Assembly: GCA_016926255.1 (NCBI GenBank) | Contig: JAFGOY010000010.1 | Coordinates: 119,007 to 183,006 of the forward strand | Length of the DNA stretch: 64,000 nt | DNA from: Anaerolineae bacterium | GTDB lineage: Bacteria; Chloroflexota; Anaerolineae; Aggregatilineales; UBA3940 | Reading direction: 5' to 3' | In this document: in pieces, positions 1 through 11,482 of the stretch | How the letters are laid out: each line of letters starts with the position of its first letter | Position numbering within the stretch: the stretch's first letter is position 1 | Position numbers and translations under genes: made by a program | The notes under the pieces: generated by a model | Seen by the model: only the letters and a program-made list of their open reading frames with translations | Database searches by the model: none | Told to the model about the DNA's origin: nothing

Positions 1-59
1 AAAAGGTAGGGACAATTCCTCTTCTCATTATAGTGATCCTGCCACCGGGCGATAGTGAA

Positions 60-1565
60 TTACCGGGTTGACGACTCCTCACTGCTGCCATTATCAGTCT
101 TCTCCGGGCGAGAAGGGATCGGGAAAATGCGCCGGATGACGAACCATCCGCCGATCATCAACGCGACCACCGGCAGCCATGCGATCCATTGAGCCGTGCC
201 GTAGTGGGCAATCGTTCCCAGCGCCCACAGGATAAACGGCACGATGAACACGATCACGATCAGGACGGTGAGAATGCCCAGTGCCAGTAGCAGCCCCTTC
301 CTCTCGACGGCTTCCTTCTTCAGCGTATCGATCAGGGCAAAACCCACGCCGACAAGCTCGACGATCCCGGCGACGATCATGACCCCGGCAAAGGGGATCG
401 CCAGGTAATTACTGGGTGTCCAGTTGATCGCGGGGGAGGTCAGCGAGAGGATCAGCGCGGCGATCAGCGATACGGCAGCAAGGATCAGCACCCACCAGCG
501 GCGGCGGGCACGCAGGGCATAAATCCCGACGGCTGCGGCGAAGGCGATGATCAGTGCCAGCATCGCTTCCCAGAACAGCAGGTGCGATAGTTCATCTGCT
601 GTGTTGATTTTATCGTGGTAGAACGGCCCGACCGTCACCCACTGCCATTCGCCGGATGGATCGCGGACAAGGACTCCGTCGTAGCCCATCGCCACGACGA
701 GGTTGCCGCTTCCCGGATCGACTATCGCGTCGAATGGCCCTGCGCTGGCGGCATAGGCTCCGCTGCGCATCCGGCTGTACAACGCGACACGGGCTTCCAT
801 GCCGGTAAAGCTAAATGATGCTGACCACGTTTCGCCGCCGTCGGTTGATTCCTCGATGGCCGGGCCGCCTCGTGTAAAGCGGTATATCACCTGCTGATGA
901 TCGGTGATCGTCCACACGTCCGGGTGGCTTTCGCAGCTTTCATAGCCGGGCACCGATTCCGGCAGGACTGCCTCCCATGTGATCCCACCATCATTGCTGA
1001 GATAAGAATTAGGATACTCCTGTGGGACGACCAGCGCACCGTTATCGAGCACGGTCAGGCAGTCGGCACCGTACATTGGCATTGGCGCATTCCCCAGCGA
1101 TCCGATCACGCCCACCGCCAGCGGCACCCATCCCCACCGTGTTGATCGCTGCCGCCGGGCTGACTGTTCCCACACCCACCAGCCGATCAGCAGTGCGGGC
1201 AAAGCGATCAGGTCGGTTGGATCGAGGCGCAGCCCAATCGGATAGGGTAACACCATTTCAAGCGCGGCGACGATCAGCGCATGGATCGCCGGGATAGTTT
1301 TTCCGAGTGTGAACACGAAGCCCGTTAGCGTGATGGCCCCAATCTCGACCGCTTTTTCGCGCCGGGGGAAAATCAGGGAAAGAACTGCCGCCAGCACCAG
1401 CGGGAAGAATGCCAGCCACGCGACATCACTCAGCTTGCCCGTCCACCATGAAGGCCAGTTGAGGCGCAGCAGGTGATCGTTCAAAAGCATCAACCCGATG
1501 GCGCACAGCATCACCGGGTGTGATAAGGCACGCAAAGCGCGTTGGAATAATTCGTTGTTTTTCAT
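60..1565 (-). CDS. Hypothetical polytopic membrane protein with a central Asp-box (BNR) extracytoplasmic region
   Basis: 501-aa ORF. N-terminal TM block with NDHxL...W.TGKLSD motif, two Asp-boxes (SNDGGITW, STDGGETW), then about 5 C-terminal TM helices. GGAG upstream of ATG. Confidence 0.75.
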   Translation of the reverse strand: MKNNELFQRALRALSHPVMLCAIGLMLLNDHLLRLNWPSWWTGKLSDVAWLAFFPLVLAAVLSLIFPRREKAVEIGAITLTGFVFTLGKTIPAIHALIVAALEMVLPYPIGLRLDPTDLIALPALLIGWWVWEQSARRQRSTRWGWVPLAVGVIGSLGNAPMPMYGADCLTVLDNGALVVPQEYPNSYLSNDGGITWEAVLPESVPGYESCESHPDVWTITDHQQVIYRFTRGGPAIEESTDGGETWSASFSFTGMEARVALYSRMRSGAYAASAGPFDAIVDPGSGNLVVAMGYDGVLVRDPSGEWQWVTVGPFYHDKINTADELSHLLFWEAMLALIIAFAAAVGIYALRARRRWWVLILAAVSLIAALILSLTSPAINWTPSNYLAIPFAGVMIVAGIVELVGVGFALIDTLKKEAVERKGLLLALGILTVLIVIVFIVPFILWALGTIAHYGTAQWIAWLPVVALMIGGWFVIRRIFPIPSRPEKTDNGSSEESSTR

Positions 1566-1623
1566 GGGCTGATACTCCTGGTGACGATCTCGGATCAGGA
1601 TGGGCTGCCCCTATGATAGTCCA

Positions 1624-2907
1624 TTAGCCCTCGACCTGCACGAGGTGATACTTCTTCTTGCCCTTCCGCAGTACGATCACCTGCCCATCGATGGCATCGC
1701 TCAGGCTGATTGTCGCCTCGACGTCGTCGCGTTTCTCGTTGTTGACGCTTACCCCTCCGCCATCGATCAGCGTCCGGGCGCGTTTCTTCGAGCTTTCGAA
1801 TCCGCACTCAACCGCCAGATCGACCAGCGATTTGCCTTCCAGATCGGCCCCGGCGAAGGTGCTCGACGGCACCTCGGCGAAGATGTCGAGCAGTTGGGCG
1901 GCACTCAAGCCTTCGAGTTCCCCGCCGAACAAAACTTCGGTCGCCTTGAGCGCGGCGGCCAGCCCTTCCTCGCCGTGAACGTTCCGCGTGACTTCTTCGG
2001 CCAGCCGCTTCTGGGTGGCGCGTTCGTGCGGTGCTTCTTCGATTGCCTTCTCGTATTCGGCCACCTCGTCCTGATCGAGCAGCGTGAAGTACTTCATGTA
2101 AGTGATCGCGTCCGCGTCGGCGGTGTTCAGCCAGAACTGGTAGAACCGGTAGGGCGACGTCCGGTTCGGGTCGAGCCAGACCGTGCCCGCCTCTGTCTTG
2201 CCGAACTTCACCCCGGTCGACGAGGTGACCAGCGGCACCACCGCGCCGTAGGCTTTGCCGTCATCCATCTTGCGGATCAGTTCCGCTCCGGCGGTGATGT
2301 TGCCCCACTGGTCACTGCCCCCGAACTGGAAGGTGCAGCCGTAATCGCGGTACAGTGTCAAAAAGTCGTAGGATTGCAGCAGCATGTAGCAGAACTCGGT
2401 AAAGGAGATGCCTTCTTCGCTTTCGAGCCGGGTCTTCACCGATTCTTTTGACAGCATGTAGTTGACCGTGAACCGCTTGCCCACGTCACGCAGAAACTCG
2501 ATGAAGTTGAGTTCGCGCAGCCAGTCGCCGTTGTTGACCATCACTGCCGGGTTATCGACGCCTTCGAACGCCAGGAACATTTCAAGCTGGGCGTGAATAC
2601 CCTCCAGGTTGTGATCGATCTGTTCCAGCGAAAGCAGTTGACGTTCTTTGGTCTTTCCGCTTGGGTCGCCGATCATCCCCGTGCCGCCGCCTACCAGCGC
2701 GATAGGTGTATGCCCGTGCCGTTGCATATGTACCAGCACCATGATCGGCAGCAGCGACCCGACGTGCAGGCTGTCGGCGGATGGGTCGAAGCCGATGTAA
2801 CCGGCGATCTTCTCCTTCTTGACGACGTCTTCCACGCCCTCGGTGATATCGTAGAGCAGGCCGCGCCAGCGCAGTTCTTCGATCAGGTTGGGGGCCAGAG
2901 TGCCCAT
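1624..2907 (-). CDS. tyrS: Tyrosine--tRNA ligase
   Basis: GFDPSADSLHVGS (HIGH), QFGGSDQWGNI, KFGKT (KMSKS equivalent), C-terminal S4 domain with RKGKK. SD AAGGAG. Confidence 0.98.
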   Translation of the reverse strand: MGTLAPNLIEELRWRGLLYDITEGVEDVVKKEKIAGYIGFDPSADSLHVGSLLPIMVLVHMQRHGHTPIALVGGGTGMIGDPSGKTKERQLLSLEQIDHNLEGIHAQLEMFLAFEGVDNPAVMVNNGDWLRELNFIEFLRDVGKRFTVNYMLSKESVKTRLESEEGISFTEFCYMLLQSYDFLTLYRDYGCTFQFGGSDQWGNITAGAELIRKMDDGKAYGAVVPLVTSSTGVKFGKTEAGTVWLDPNRTSPYRFYQFWLNTADADAITYMKYFTLLDQDEVAEYEKAIEEAPHERATQKRLAEEVTRNVHGEEGLAAALKATEVLFGGELEGLSAAQLLDIFAEVPSSTFAGADLEGKSLVDLAVECGFESSKKRARTLIDGGGVSVNNEKRDDVEATISLSDAIDGQVIVLRKGKKKYHLVQVEG

Positions 2908-2944
2908 AGGTCAATCTCCTTTTCTCTCGTCGATGTCAATTCGC

Positions 2945-2973
2945 AAAAAAAGCGCGGAGCATGTGCTCCGCGC
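2945..2973 (-). terminator. Intrinsic terminator (attenuator) in the tyrS leader
   Basis: Minus strand GCGCGGAGC-ACAT-GCTCCGCGC (perfect 9-bp stem) followed by 7 T, about 40 nt upstream of the tyrS ATG. Confidence 0.9.
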
Positions 2974-3003
2974 CGGGTTATCGATCTGCAAGGCAGGGGC
3001 CGA

Positions 3004-3078
3004 TTATCTCCCTGAGACGCGAGCCATGCTCACTCGTATGGCTTTGGAATAATAGTATAGATTGCTATTCCTGAGCAT
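3004..3078 (-). CDS. Putative tyrS attenuator leader peptide MLRNSNLYYYSKAIRVSMARVSGR
   Basis: Translated by hand: ATG at 3078, TAC-TAT-TAT at codons 8-10, TAA at 3006-3004. Purine-rich AGAAGGCAGG just upstream. Lies between a promoter and the terminator. Confidence 0.8.
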   Translation of the reverse strand: MLRNSNLYYYSKAIRVSMARVSGR

Positions 3079-3109
3079 GTCGGCCTGCCTTCTGTTCGAT
3101 CTTGCGCAT

Positions 3110-3138
3110 AGAGTAGCACGGCGGCAGTGAACCGTCAA
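3110..3138 (-). promoter_or_regulatory. Sigma70-type promoter for the tyrS leader
   Basis: TTGACG (3138-3133), 17-nt spacer, TG-n-TACTCT (3115-3110), immediately after the PBP stop codon. Confidence 0.75.
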
Positions 3139-3139
3139 G

Positions 3140-6127
3140 CTACTCGCCGCTGTCTTCCGGCACCGGCACGATCGTGATCGGCACGGTGAAGGGTGTCAGA
3201 TAGTTGCTGTCCTGCCTGACGAGCACCAGCCTGACCACATATGGTCCTGGCGGGAACACGTCCGAGGCGTCGGCGTGGAGTTCTTCCAGTACGCCGTCCT
3301 CGACCGGTTCTGTATGCACCCCGCCAAAGGTGATCCACTCGGTGGGGAACTCTCCGGGGCCGATCTCCAGCTTGTAGTATTGAATCTCCGCCGGGTCGAA
3401 AATCGCCGTCCCGATGATCGGGTGGATGCCGTAGACCTCGTCGCCGGGGTTCGGATCGTCGATGGCATACATCGACCCCGTATCGGCGTCGACGAACAGG
3501 TCGGCGGGAATGGTGTCCCCCAGGTCTTCGGTCGGGCAGAGGATGCCGGGTTCAATCGGGATGCCGTTTGCCAGCGCCCAGTTGCGTGCGCGGATCGCAT
3601 CGCCCTCGTCGTCCGGCGCGCTGATGAACAACTGCACGGCAGCGCCTTCCACATCCTCGATGTCGGCGGACATCACACAGTATTTCGGCGTCGCCGGGGT
3701 AGGGAGATCGTCCGGGAGCGCGTCCCAGCTGTCAGCCATCAACTCAACCAGCGCCGCCTGCTGATCCTCGTTCATTGCCAGCACGCTGATCTGCCACAGA
3801 CCCTCGCTGACTTCCTCATGGAGCGGAGGGAGGTGTTCCTCTTCTTCGTCGCCCTCGTCGGCTTCCTCGTCCGGCGTCGGGCTGGGAGTCGGTTCGAGAG
3901 TTGGCGTCGGCTCCGGGTCCCATTCCGAGGTGCCTATACGGAACCATTCGTCACGCTCAAGCGGGCAGCCCTCTTCGGCCAGCCGGGGATCGCGCAGCGA
4001 TGAAAGTACGCACACCGGCTGCTTCTCCAATCCCTGTGGGGCGCTGAAACCGCTCCGCAGCGGCGGCAGTCCTTCCCCACCGATCAGGCTGTCGATGTGG
4101 GGCAGTGCATAGACTGCCGTCATATAGTCATGCCAGATCGGTGCCGCACCGGTCAGTCCGGAAGTCCCTTCGGCCATCGGCGTGTTGTCGGTGTTGCCCG
4201 CCCACACGGCGACGACCAGATGCGGCGTATAGCCGACCGTCCAGTTGTCGCGGTAATCGTTGGTGGTACCCGTTTTGGCCGCCGCCGGGAAGTCGAGCAG
4301 CAGCGCCGATTCGGCCCCCATCGCCGGGGTGCGGGCGGTGTTGTCGGAGAGAATATCGCTGATCATGAATGCGATGCGCGGGTCGATCACCTGTTCCTGT
4401 GTCTGTGAAGGCGTTTCGTAGAGAACGTTTCCTTCATCGTCTGTGATGCGGGTGATGTAAATCGGCTCGATGGCCTTCCCACCGTTGGCGAACGCGCTGA
4501 ACGCCGTTGCCATTTCTATCGGCTCAACCTCCCCGCCGCCCAGTGTCAGTGACAGGCCGTAGAGGGAAGCGTCATCGCCCAGGCTCTCGATCCCCAGCCG
4601 TGACGACATCTCCAGAATGCCCGGCACGCCGACCTCGCGGGCAAGCGTCACCGCCGGGATGTTATATGAGTTTGCCAGTGCATCGCGCAGGCGCACCGGC
4701 CCGTGAAAGCGTTCGTCGTAGTTGACCGGTTCGTAAGCGCCGACGCCGGTATCGTAGACCATCGGCACGTCCCACAGCACGTCGGAGGGGTTCCAGCCCT
4801 GCTCCATCGCGGCGGCATAGGTGATCGGCTTCATCGTGCTGCCCGGCTGGTGAGCTGATAACGTGTTGTTGACCGCCCCGTCGATTTCGTCGTTCGCGTA
4901 ATCGACGCTGCCCAGCATCGCCAGGACTTCGCCTGTGTGCGGGTTCAGCGCGATGATCGCCGCGTTGGTCAGGTTGTATTCGTCGCGTACTGCCGCCACC
5001 TGTTCGGCGGCGATCTGCTCGGCCAGGGCCTGCATGTCCATGTCGATGGTCGTGTAGACGACCAGCCCGCCGCGTTCGATCATATCCGGCTCGATGCCGG
5101 GAATCTCGCCAAGCTGCCGCCGTACTTCGACCGTGAAGTGTGGAGCAAGCAGCGAGATGTTCGGGCTGGCTAAATCGCTGACCGATGTCGGCGGCTGGTT
5201 AAAGGCTTCGTCGGCCTGCGCGATGCTCAGGTAACCGTGACGTACCATCAAATCGAGTACCTGCCGCTGGCGGACCTTTGCCCCGGCGAAGTTCGAATAC
5301 GGATCGTAAGTAGCCGGAGACTGTGGCAGCCCGGCCAGGAAGGAGGCTTCGGCGACCGTCAGGTCACGCGCCGGTTTGTCGAAATAGGTTTGCGCGGCAG
5401 CTTCGATCCCGTAAGCCAGGTTCCCGTATGGAATCTGGTTCAGGTACAGCTCAAGGATTTCGTCCTTGGAATATTCGCGGGTCATCACATAGGCGAGGGC
5501 GGCTTCTTTGAGCTTACGCCGCAGCGTTTGTTCGAGGCGTTCTTCCGGCTCGAAGACGATCATCTTGACTAACTGCTGGGTGATCGTGCTGCCGCCGGAG
5601 ACGATCTCGCCTTCCTGCTGCCATTGAATCGCCGCGCGGGTGATTGAAGCCGGGTCGAATCCGGGATTCTCGTAAAACGTATCGTCCTCGGTGGCGATGG
5701 TCGCCCAGCGCAGCGAAAATGGTATCTGTTCGATGGGAACTTCGGTGCGCCGCCCTTCGGTGATCACCTGGTACAACTCGACCGTGCCACTCCGATCCAG
5801 GATGCGGGTCGTTTCGAAATCCTCGACCCCTTCCATTGATTCGAGCGTGGCGATATCTTCGGCGACTTCGTCTTTCATCGAGTTGTAGATCATCAAGGCA
5901 ATCACCAGCCCTGATCCAACCAGCGCAGCCAGTACCATCGCCGTGATCGCCAGCCCGCTTTTGAAGCAGCCCCAGCGCCCTTTCCGGCGGCGTTTGCGCG
6001 GCGGCGGCGCTTCAGCGATGGGCTGGTAATAGTCAGGCTGGTAGTTGGGAGGCATCGGCGCACGCTGAGTTGTTTGCTGGTGCGGCTCAATAGCCGGTTC
6101 GTTTTCATGTGTAGGCTCTTCGACCAT
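3140..6127 (-). CDS. Class A penicillin-binding protein (PBP1A family transglycosylase/transpeptidase) with an acidic C-terminal extension
   Basis: GT51 motifs (EDDTF, GGSTITQQLVK, RKLKE, LYLN), transpeptidase SxxK (STMK), SYN, KTGT. Start moved to ATG 6127, which follows an AGAGGAG SD (ORF track starts at 6298). Confidence 0.93.
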   Translation of the reverse strand: MVEEPTHENEPAIEPHQQTTQRAPMPPNYQPDYYQPIAEAPPPRKRRRKGRWGCFKSGLAITAMVLAALVGSGLVIALMIYNSMKDEVAEDIATLESMEGVEDFETTRILDRSGTVELYQVITEGRRTEVPIEQIPFSLRWATIATEDDTFYENPGFDPASITRAAIQWQQEGEIVSGGSTITQQLVKMIVFEPEERLEQTLRRKLKEAALAYVMTREYSKDEILELYLNQIPYGNLAYGIEAAAQTYFDKPARDLTVAEASFLAGLPQSPATYDPYSNFAGAKVRQRQVLDLMVRHGYLSIAQADEAFNQPPTSVSDLASPNISLLAPHFTVEVRRQLGEIPGIEPDMIERGGLVVYTTIDMDMQALAEQIAAEQVAAVRDEYNLTNAAIIALNPHTGEVLAMLGSVDYANDEIDGAVNNTLSAHQPGSTMKPITYAAAMEQGWNPSDVLWDVPMVYDTGVGAYEPVNYDERFHGPVRLRDALANSYNIPAVTLAREVGVPGILEMSSRLGIESLGDDASLYGLSLTLGGGEVEPIEMATAFSAFANGGKAIEPIYITRITDDEGNVLYETPSQTQEQVIDPRIAFMISDILSDNTARTPAMGAESALLLDFPAAAKTGTTNDYRDNWTVGYTPHLVVAVWAGNTDNTPMAEGTSGLTGAAPIWHDYMTAVYALPHIDSLIGGEGLPPLRSGFSAPQGLEKQPVCVLSSLRDPRLAEEGCPLERDEWFRIGTSEWDPEPTPTLEPTPSPTPDEEADEGDEEEEHLPPLHEEVSEGLWQISVLAMNEDQQAALVELMADSWDALPDDLPTPATPKYCVMSADIEDVEGAAVQLFISAPDDEGDAIRARNWALANGIPIEPGILCPTEDLGDTIPADLFVDADTGSMYAIDDPNPGDEVYGIHPIIGTAIFDPAEIQYYKLEIGPGEFPTEWITFGGVHTEPVEDGVLEELHADASDVFPPGPYVVRLVLVRQDSNYLTPFTVPITIVPVPEDSGE

Positions 6128-6358
6128 GACTCCTCTTTCCTGGTAATTATTGAACCATAATCGCGATTCTATCACGCGATTGCGGCCTTGACATTGATTT
6201 CTTGTGGGCATTCCGAAATATAAGAAAAGTATAAATTGTGCTTGCATGGGTTGATCGTTCGGTGTGACTCCCCGGTGTTTGTGGTACACTCCGTTCACTA
6301 GTTCGATTGTACAGCCAGTCTTGCTGGCTTAATTGATTTTAAGTGTGAGGTTTTACTG

Positions 6359-8221
<1,863 letters not shown>

Positions 8222-8245
8222 AATAATATCCACCTGTTATAAGCC

Positions 8246-8280
8246 ACAGCCGCAGGTCTCAAGCCTGCGGCTGTTTTTTT
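8246..8280 (+). terminator. Intrinsic terminator of ftsH
   Basis: ACAGCCGCAGG-TCTCAAG-CCTGCGGCTGT followed by a T-run. Confidence 0.85.
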
Positions 8281-8366
8281 GTCGCCGTGCTAATTTAGAT
8301 CGCCTATAATCAATTTCGTGACGTGTCCATCTGGTTTTATCTCAGTATCGAAAAGAAAGTGGTATA

Positions 8367-9254
8367 GTGGAAGAATCGCAACCTGCTCCTCCCGAAACAC
8401 GCGAACTTAAACGGCTGTCCTGGATTCGCTATCCTTTTGCTCCCGGTAATCGCCTGCTGACTATCTCCCTGCTGGTACTGATTGCTGTCACCATTGCCTG
8501 GCTGATCATCGCCCCCGGTGGCCTGATCGGTAAGGCCGACTCGGTTGGTTATGCCGTCTGTCACCGGATCACGGTGCGTTCGTTTGCCTTCCCGGATGGT
8601 CGCCAACTCCCGATGTGCGCCCGCTGTTCGGGTACCTTTCTTGGCGTGCTGATCGGGTTATTTACGCCGCGCCTGCTGTTCGGGAAGCGTCGCGCAGCGG
8701 GTTTTCCTAAACCCGTCATTCTGATCATTCTGATCGTAGCCAGCGCGGTCTGGGCCTTCGACGGGGCCAACTCCTTTGCTCACCTGCTGCCTTACGAACG
8801 GATTCCCCGTTTATACGAACCGACCAATTTCCTGCGCCTGATGACCGGCATGGGGCACGGCATCACGATGGGCAGCCTGGTGCTGCCGGTCGTCAACTCG
8901 ACGGTCTGGGCCGACGCCACAAACGATCCCACGCTCGACCGCTGGTGGCATCTGCTGGTGCTGTATGCCATCGGGCTGGCCGTCAACGGCCTGATCCTGA
9001 CGCACCAGGGCGTGTTTCTCTACCCGCTGGCCGTTCTCAGTGCAATCGGCACGCTGACCATTCTGGCGGCGATCATGACCGTCATGGCGGCGATCTTTCT
9101 CAAGCGTGAGAATCTCGCCTACACGCTCCGCGACGCGCTGCCCCTGTTCTTCTTTGGCCTCGCCGGGGCGATCCTGATGGTCGGGGCTATCGACCTCTCA
9201 CGCCTGGCAATGTTCGGCTCCTGGGACGGGTTCGATCTGACCAGTTATTATTGA
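8367..9254 (+). CDS. DUF2085-like membrane protein (putative Cys/His metal-binding)
   Basis: CHRITVRSF...LPMCARCSG motif followed by several TM helices. Confidence 0.75.
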   Translation: MEESQPAPPETRELKRLSWIRYPFAPGNRLLTISLLVLIAVTIAWLIIAPGGLIGKADSVGYAVCHRITVRSFAFPDGRQLPMCARCSGTFLGVLIGLFTPRLLFGKRRAAGFPKPVILIILIVASAVWAFDGANSFAHLLPYERIPRLYEPTNFLRLMTGMGHGITMGSLVLPVVNSTVWADATNDPTLDRWWHLLVLYAIGLAVNGLILTHQGVFLYPLAVLSAIGTLTILAAIMTVMAAIFLKRENLAYTLRDALPLFFFGLAGAILMVGAIDLSRLAMFGSWDGFDLTSYY

Positions 9255-9338
9255 GTTGGAACTTTCGGGCGATGCAAATCAGGCCCTATATATGATAGAA
9301 TCGGGATGATGGTCTGGTTATTGTTATTTGAGGAGTAG

Positions 9339-9899
9339 ATGATGGTCAATGTATTCGCTGCGTTTGGCCTTTCGGCCAGCGCTGGGTTAAATGCCTACCT
9401 GCCGCTGCTGATCGTTGCTGTCAGCGCCCGGCTGGGCGCGTTCGAATTGAACGAACCCTTTGACGTGATGACCAGTTGGTGGGTGATCGGCGTGCTGATC
9501 GCCCTGACACTGATCGAAATTTTCGTCGATAAAATTCCCGCCGTCGACTCGGTCAACGATGTGATCAATACCTTTATTCGCCCCATCGCCGGGGCGATCC
9601 TGTTTGCTGCCAGCGCCAATATCATCTCCGAGATGAGCCCGGTTCTGGCGATGATCCTCGGTCTGCTCGTTGCGGGTGGTATCCACGTTGGCAAAACGCT
9701 CGCCCGCCCGGTCGTCACCACCACGACGGTGGGCACCGGCAATGTGGTCGTCAGCACCATCGAAGACGTGATCGCGGCGGTCACGTCGCTGCTTGCGGTG
9801 CTTCTCCCCTGGATGGTGATGCTCGTCGCCGTGATTGGCATCGTGATCTTCCTGCTCTGGCGCATCCGCCGCCACGAACGCAAAGCGGCCAAACCATAG
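9339..9899 (+). CDS. DUF4126-like membrane protein
   Basis: GLSASAGLNAYLPLL, EIFVDKIPAVDSVND, RPIAGA, STIED motifs. SD GAGGAG. Confidence 0.8.
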   Translation: MMVNVFAAFGLSASAGLNAYLPLLIVAVSARLGAFELNEPFDVMTSWWVIGVLIALTLIEIFVDKIPAVDSVNDVINTFIRPIAGAILFAASANIISEMSPVLAMILGLLVAGGIHVGKTLARPVVTTTTVGTGNVVVSTIEDVIAAVTSLLAVLLPWMVMLVAVIGIVIFLLWRIRRHERKAAKP

Positions 9900-9911
9900 C
9901 CCGCCCGCGAT

Positions 9912-9940
9912 TTGACATCCCCCTGAACTGTCGTCACAAT
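9912..9940 (+). promoter_or_regulatory. Candidate sigma70 promoter for the MFS gene
   Basis: TTGACA, 17-nt spacer, CACAAT. Confidence 0.5.
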
Positions 9941-10005
9941 ACATCCCCCGGCCTCCGGGGGATTTTTCTGTTTGTTTCACGATCTGTTACCGGCAAAGAG
10001 GCATC

Positions 10006-11466
10006 ATGCACCCCGACGACAGCGACATCCATTCCCGCAAATGGTGGGCGATGCTTGGCATTGGCCTGGGCGTGCTGATGAGCACACTCGATTCCAGCAT
10101 CGTCAATGTTTCACTGCCCACCCTTGTTGATGAACTGGATACGACCTTTGCCATTGTTCAATGGGTGGTGCTGTCTTACCTGCTGGTGATCGCCTGCCTG
10201 ATCCTGATCGTCGCCCGTCTCGGCGACATGCTGGGCAAGAACCGGGTCTATAACGTCGGGTTGGTGCTGTTTACGATTGGTTCGCTGCTATGCGGCCTGT
10301 CGCCGGGCGTTGGCTGGCTGATCGGCTTCCGGGCACTCCAGGGCTGCGGCGCGGTGATGATGACCTCGCTTGGCTCGGCGATCCTCACCGAGGTGTTCCC
10401 GTCCTCCGAGCGGGGCCGTGCGCTGGGAATCAGCGGGGGGATTGTGTCGGTAGGGATCGCGCTTGGCCCGGCGGTCGGCGGCCTGCTGATCGGCACTGTC
10501 GGCTGGCGGTCGGTATTTCTGGTCAATGTGCCGCTGGGTATCCTCGCCGCTGTGATTGTCTATAAAGTCGTCCCGCCATCTATTCGGGGCGAATCGAACC
10601 AGCGTTTCGACCTGTCGGGAGCGTTGATCATGTTCGTGGCGTTGGGCGCTTACGCCCTTGCGATGACCATCGGCCAGGAGACCGGGTTCATGCACCCGTT
10701 GATCCTCGGCCTGATAGCGGCGGCACTGGTTGGCCTCATTGCCTTCGTTCTGGTCGAAAAGCGTGTCGCCGATCCGATGATCGACCCGTCGATGTTCAAG
10801 GATGTTTTGTTCGGCGTCAACCTGGTGATGGGCTTCCTGGTGTTCATCATGATTGGCGGGCAGTTTGTCATCCCCTTCTATCTTGAACTGGTCAAAGGCT
10901 ATTCCCCCTTGCAGGTTGGACTGCTGATGATGGTTTTCCCGGTGATGATGGGCTTGTTCGCCCCGGTATCGGGGGCGCTGTCTGATCGTTTTGGCTCGCG
11001 GATGATCAGTCTTCTGGGCCTCGTTGCAATTGTGATCGGCTGCCTGCTGCTGTCTACGCTGCATGCCGGGGTAGGTATGTGGGGGTATGTCTGGCGGATG
11101 GCTCCACTGGGAATGGGTATGGGGATGTTCAACTCGCCCAACAACAGCGCGATCATGGGCACCGCCCCGCGTGAAAGGCTGGGCGTCGCCTCCGGGCTGA
11201 TGGCCCTGTCACGTGTACTCGGACAGACTTCCGGCCTGCCGCTCGCCGGGGCGATTTTCTCCGCGCTGGTGCTGACGCAGGTCTCGCTGCCTGTCGGGGC
11301 CGATGTGACCACCGCGCCGCCCGATGTGCTCGTCTATGGGGTAGCCGGGACGTTTCGTGTCACTGCCGCGATCATCGCTGTCTCGACTGTGCTGGCGGCG
11401 GTCGCCCTGTGGATCGACTCCCGGCAGAAGAAATCGGCTGCTCTCCTAAGCGATTCCGTGTCGTAG
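10006..11466 (+). CDS. MFS drug:H+ antiporter (DHA2/EmrB-QacA type, about 14 TM)
   Basis: LDSSIVNVSLP, ARLGDMLGKNR (motif A), FRALQG, GPAVGG, N-terminal WW motif. Confidence 0.9.
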   Translation: MHPDDSDIHSRKWWAMLGIGLGVLMSTLDSSIVNVSLPTLVDELDTTFAIVQWVVLSYLLVIACLILIVARLGDMLGKNRVYNVGLVLFTIGSLLCGLSPGVGWLIGFRALQGCGAVMMTSLGSAILTEVFPSSERGRALGISGGIVSVGIALGPAVGGLLIGTVGWRSVFLVNVPLGILAAVIVYKVVPPSIRGESNQRFDLSGALIMFVALGAYALAMTIGQETGFMHPLILGLIAAALVGLIAFVLVEKRVADPMIDPSMFKDVLFGVNLVMGFLVFIMIGGQFVIPFYLELVKGYSPLQVGLLMMVFPVMMGLFAPVSGALSDRFGSRMISLLGLVAIVIGCLLLSTLHAGVGMWGYVWRMAPLGMGMGMFNSPNNSAIMGTAPRERLGVASGLMALSRVLGQTSGLPLAGAIFSALVLTQVSLPVGADVTTAPPDVLVYGVAGTFRVTAAIIAVSTVLAAVALWIDSRQKKSAALLSDSVS

Positions 11467-11482
11467 GGGCGACCTTCATAAC

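Noticed and set aside
2908-3139. T-box riboswitch upstream of tyrS
   Set aside because: No GGTGGTACCGCG-like T-box or AG/GA specifier-stem motifs seen. The transcribed leader is short (~190 nt) and is explained by the Tyr leader peptide.
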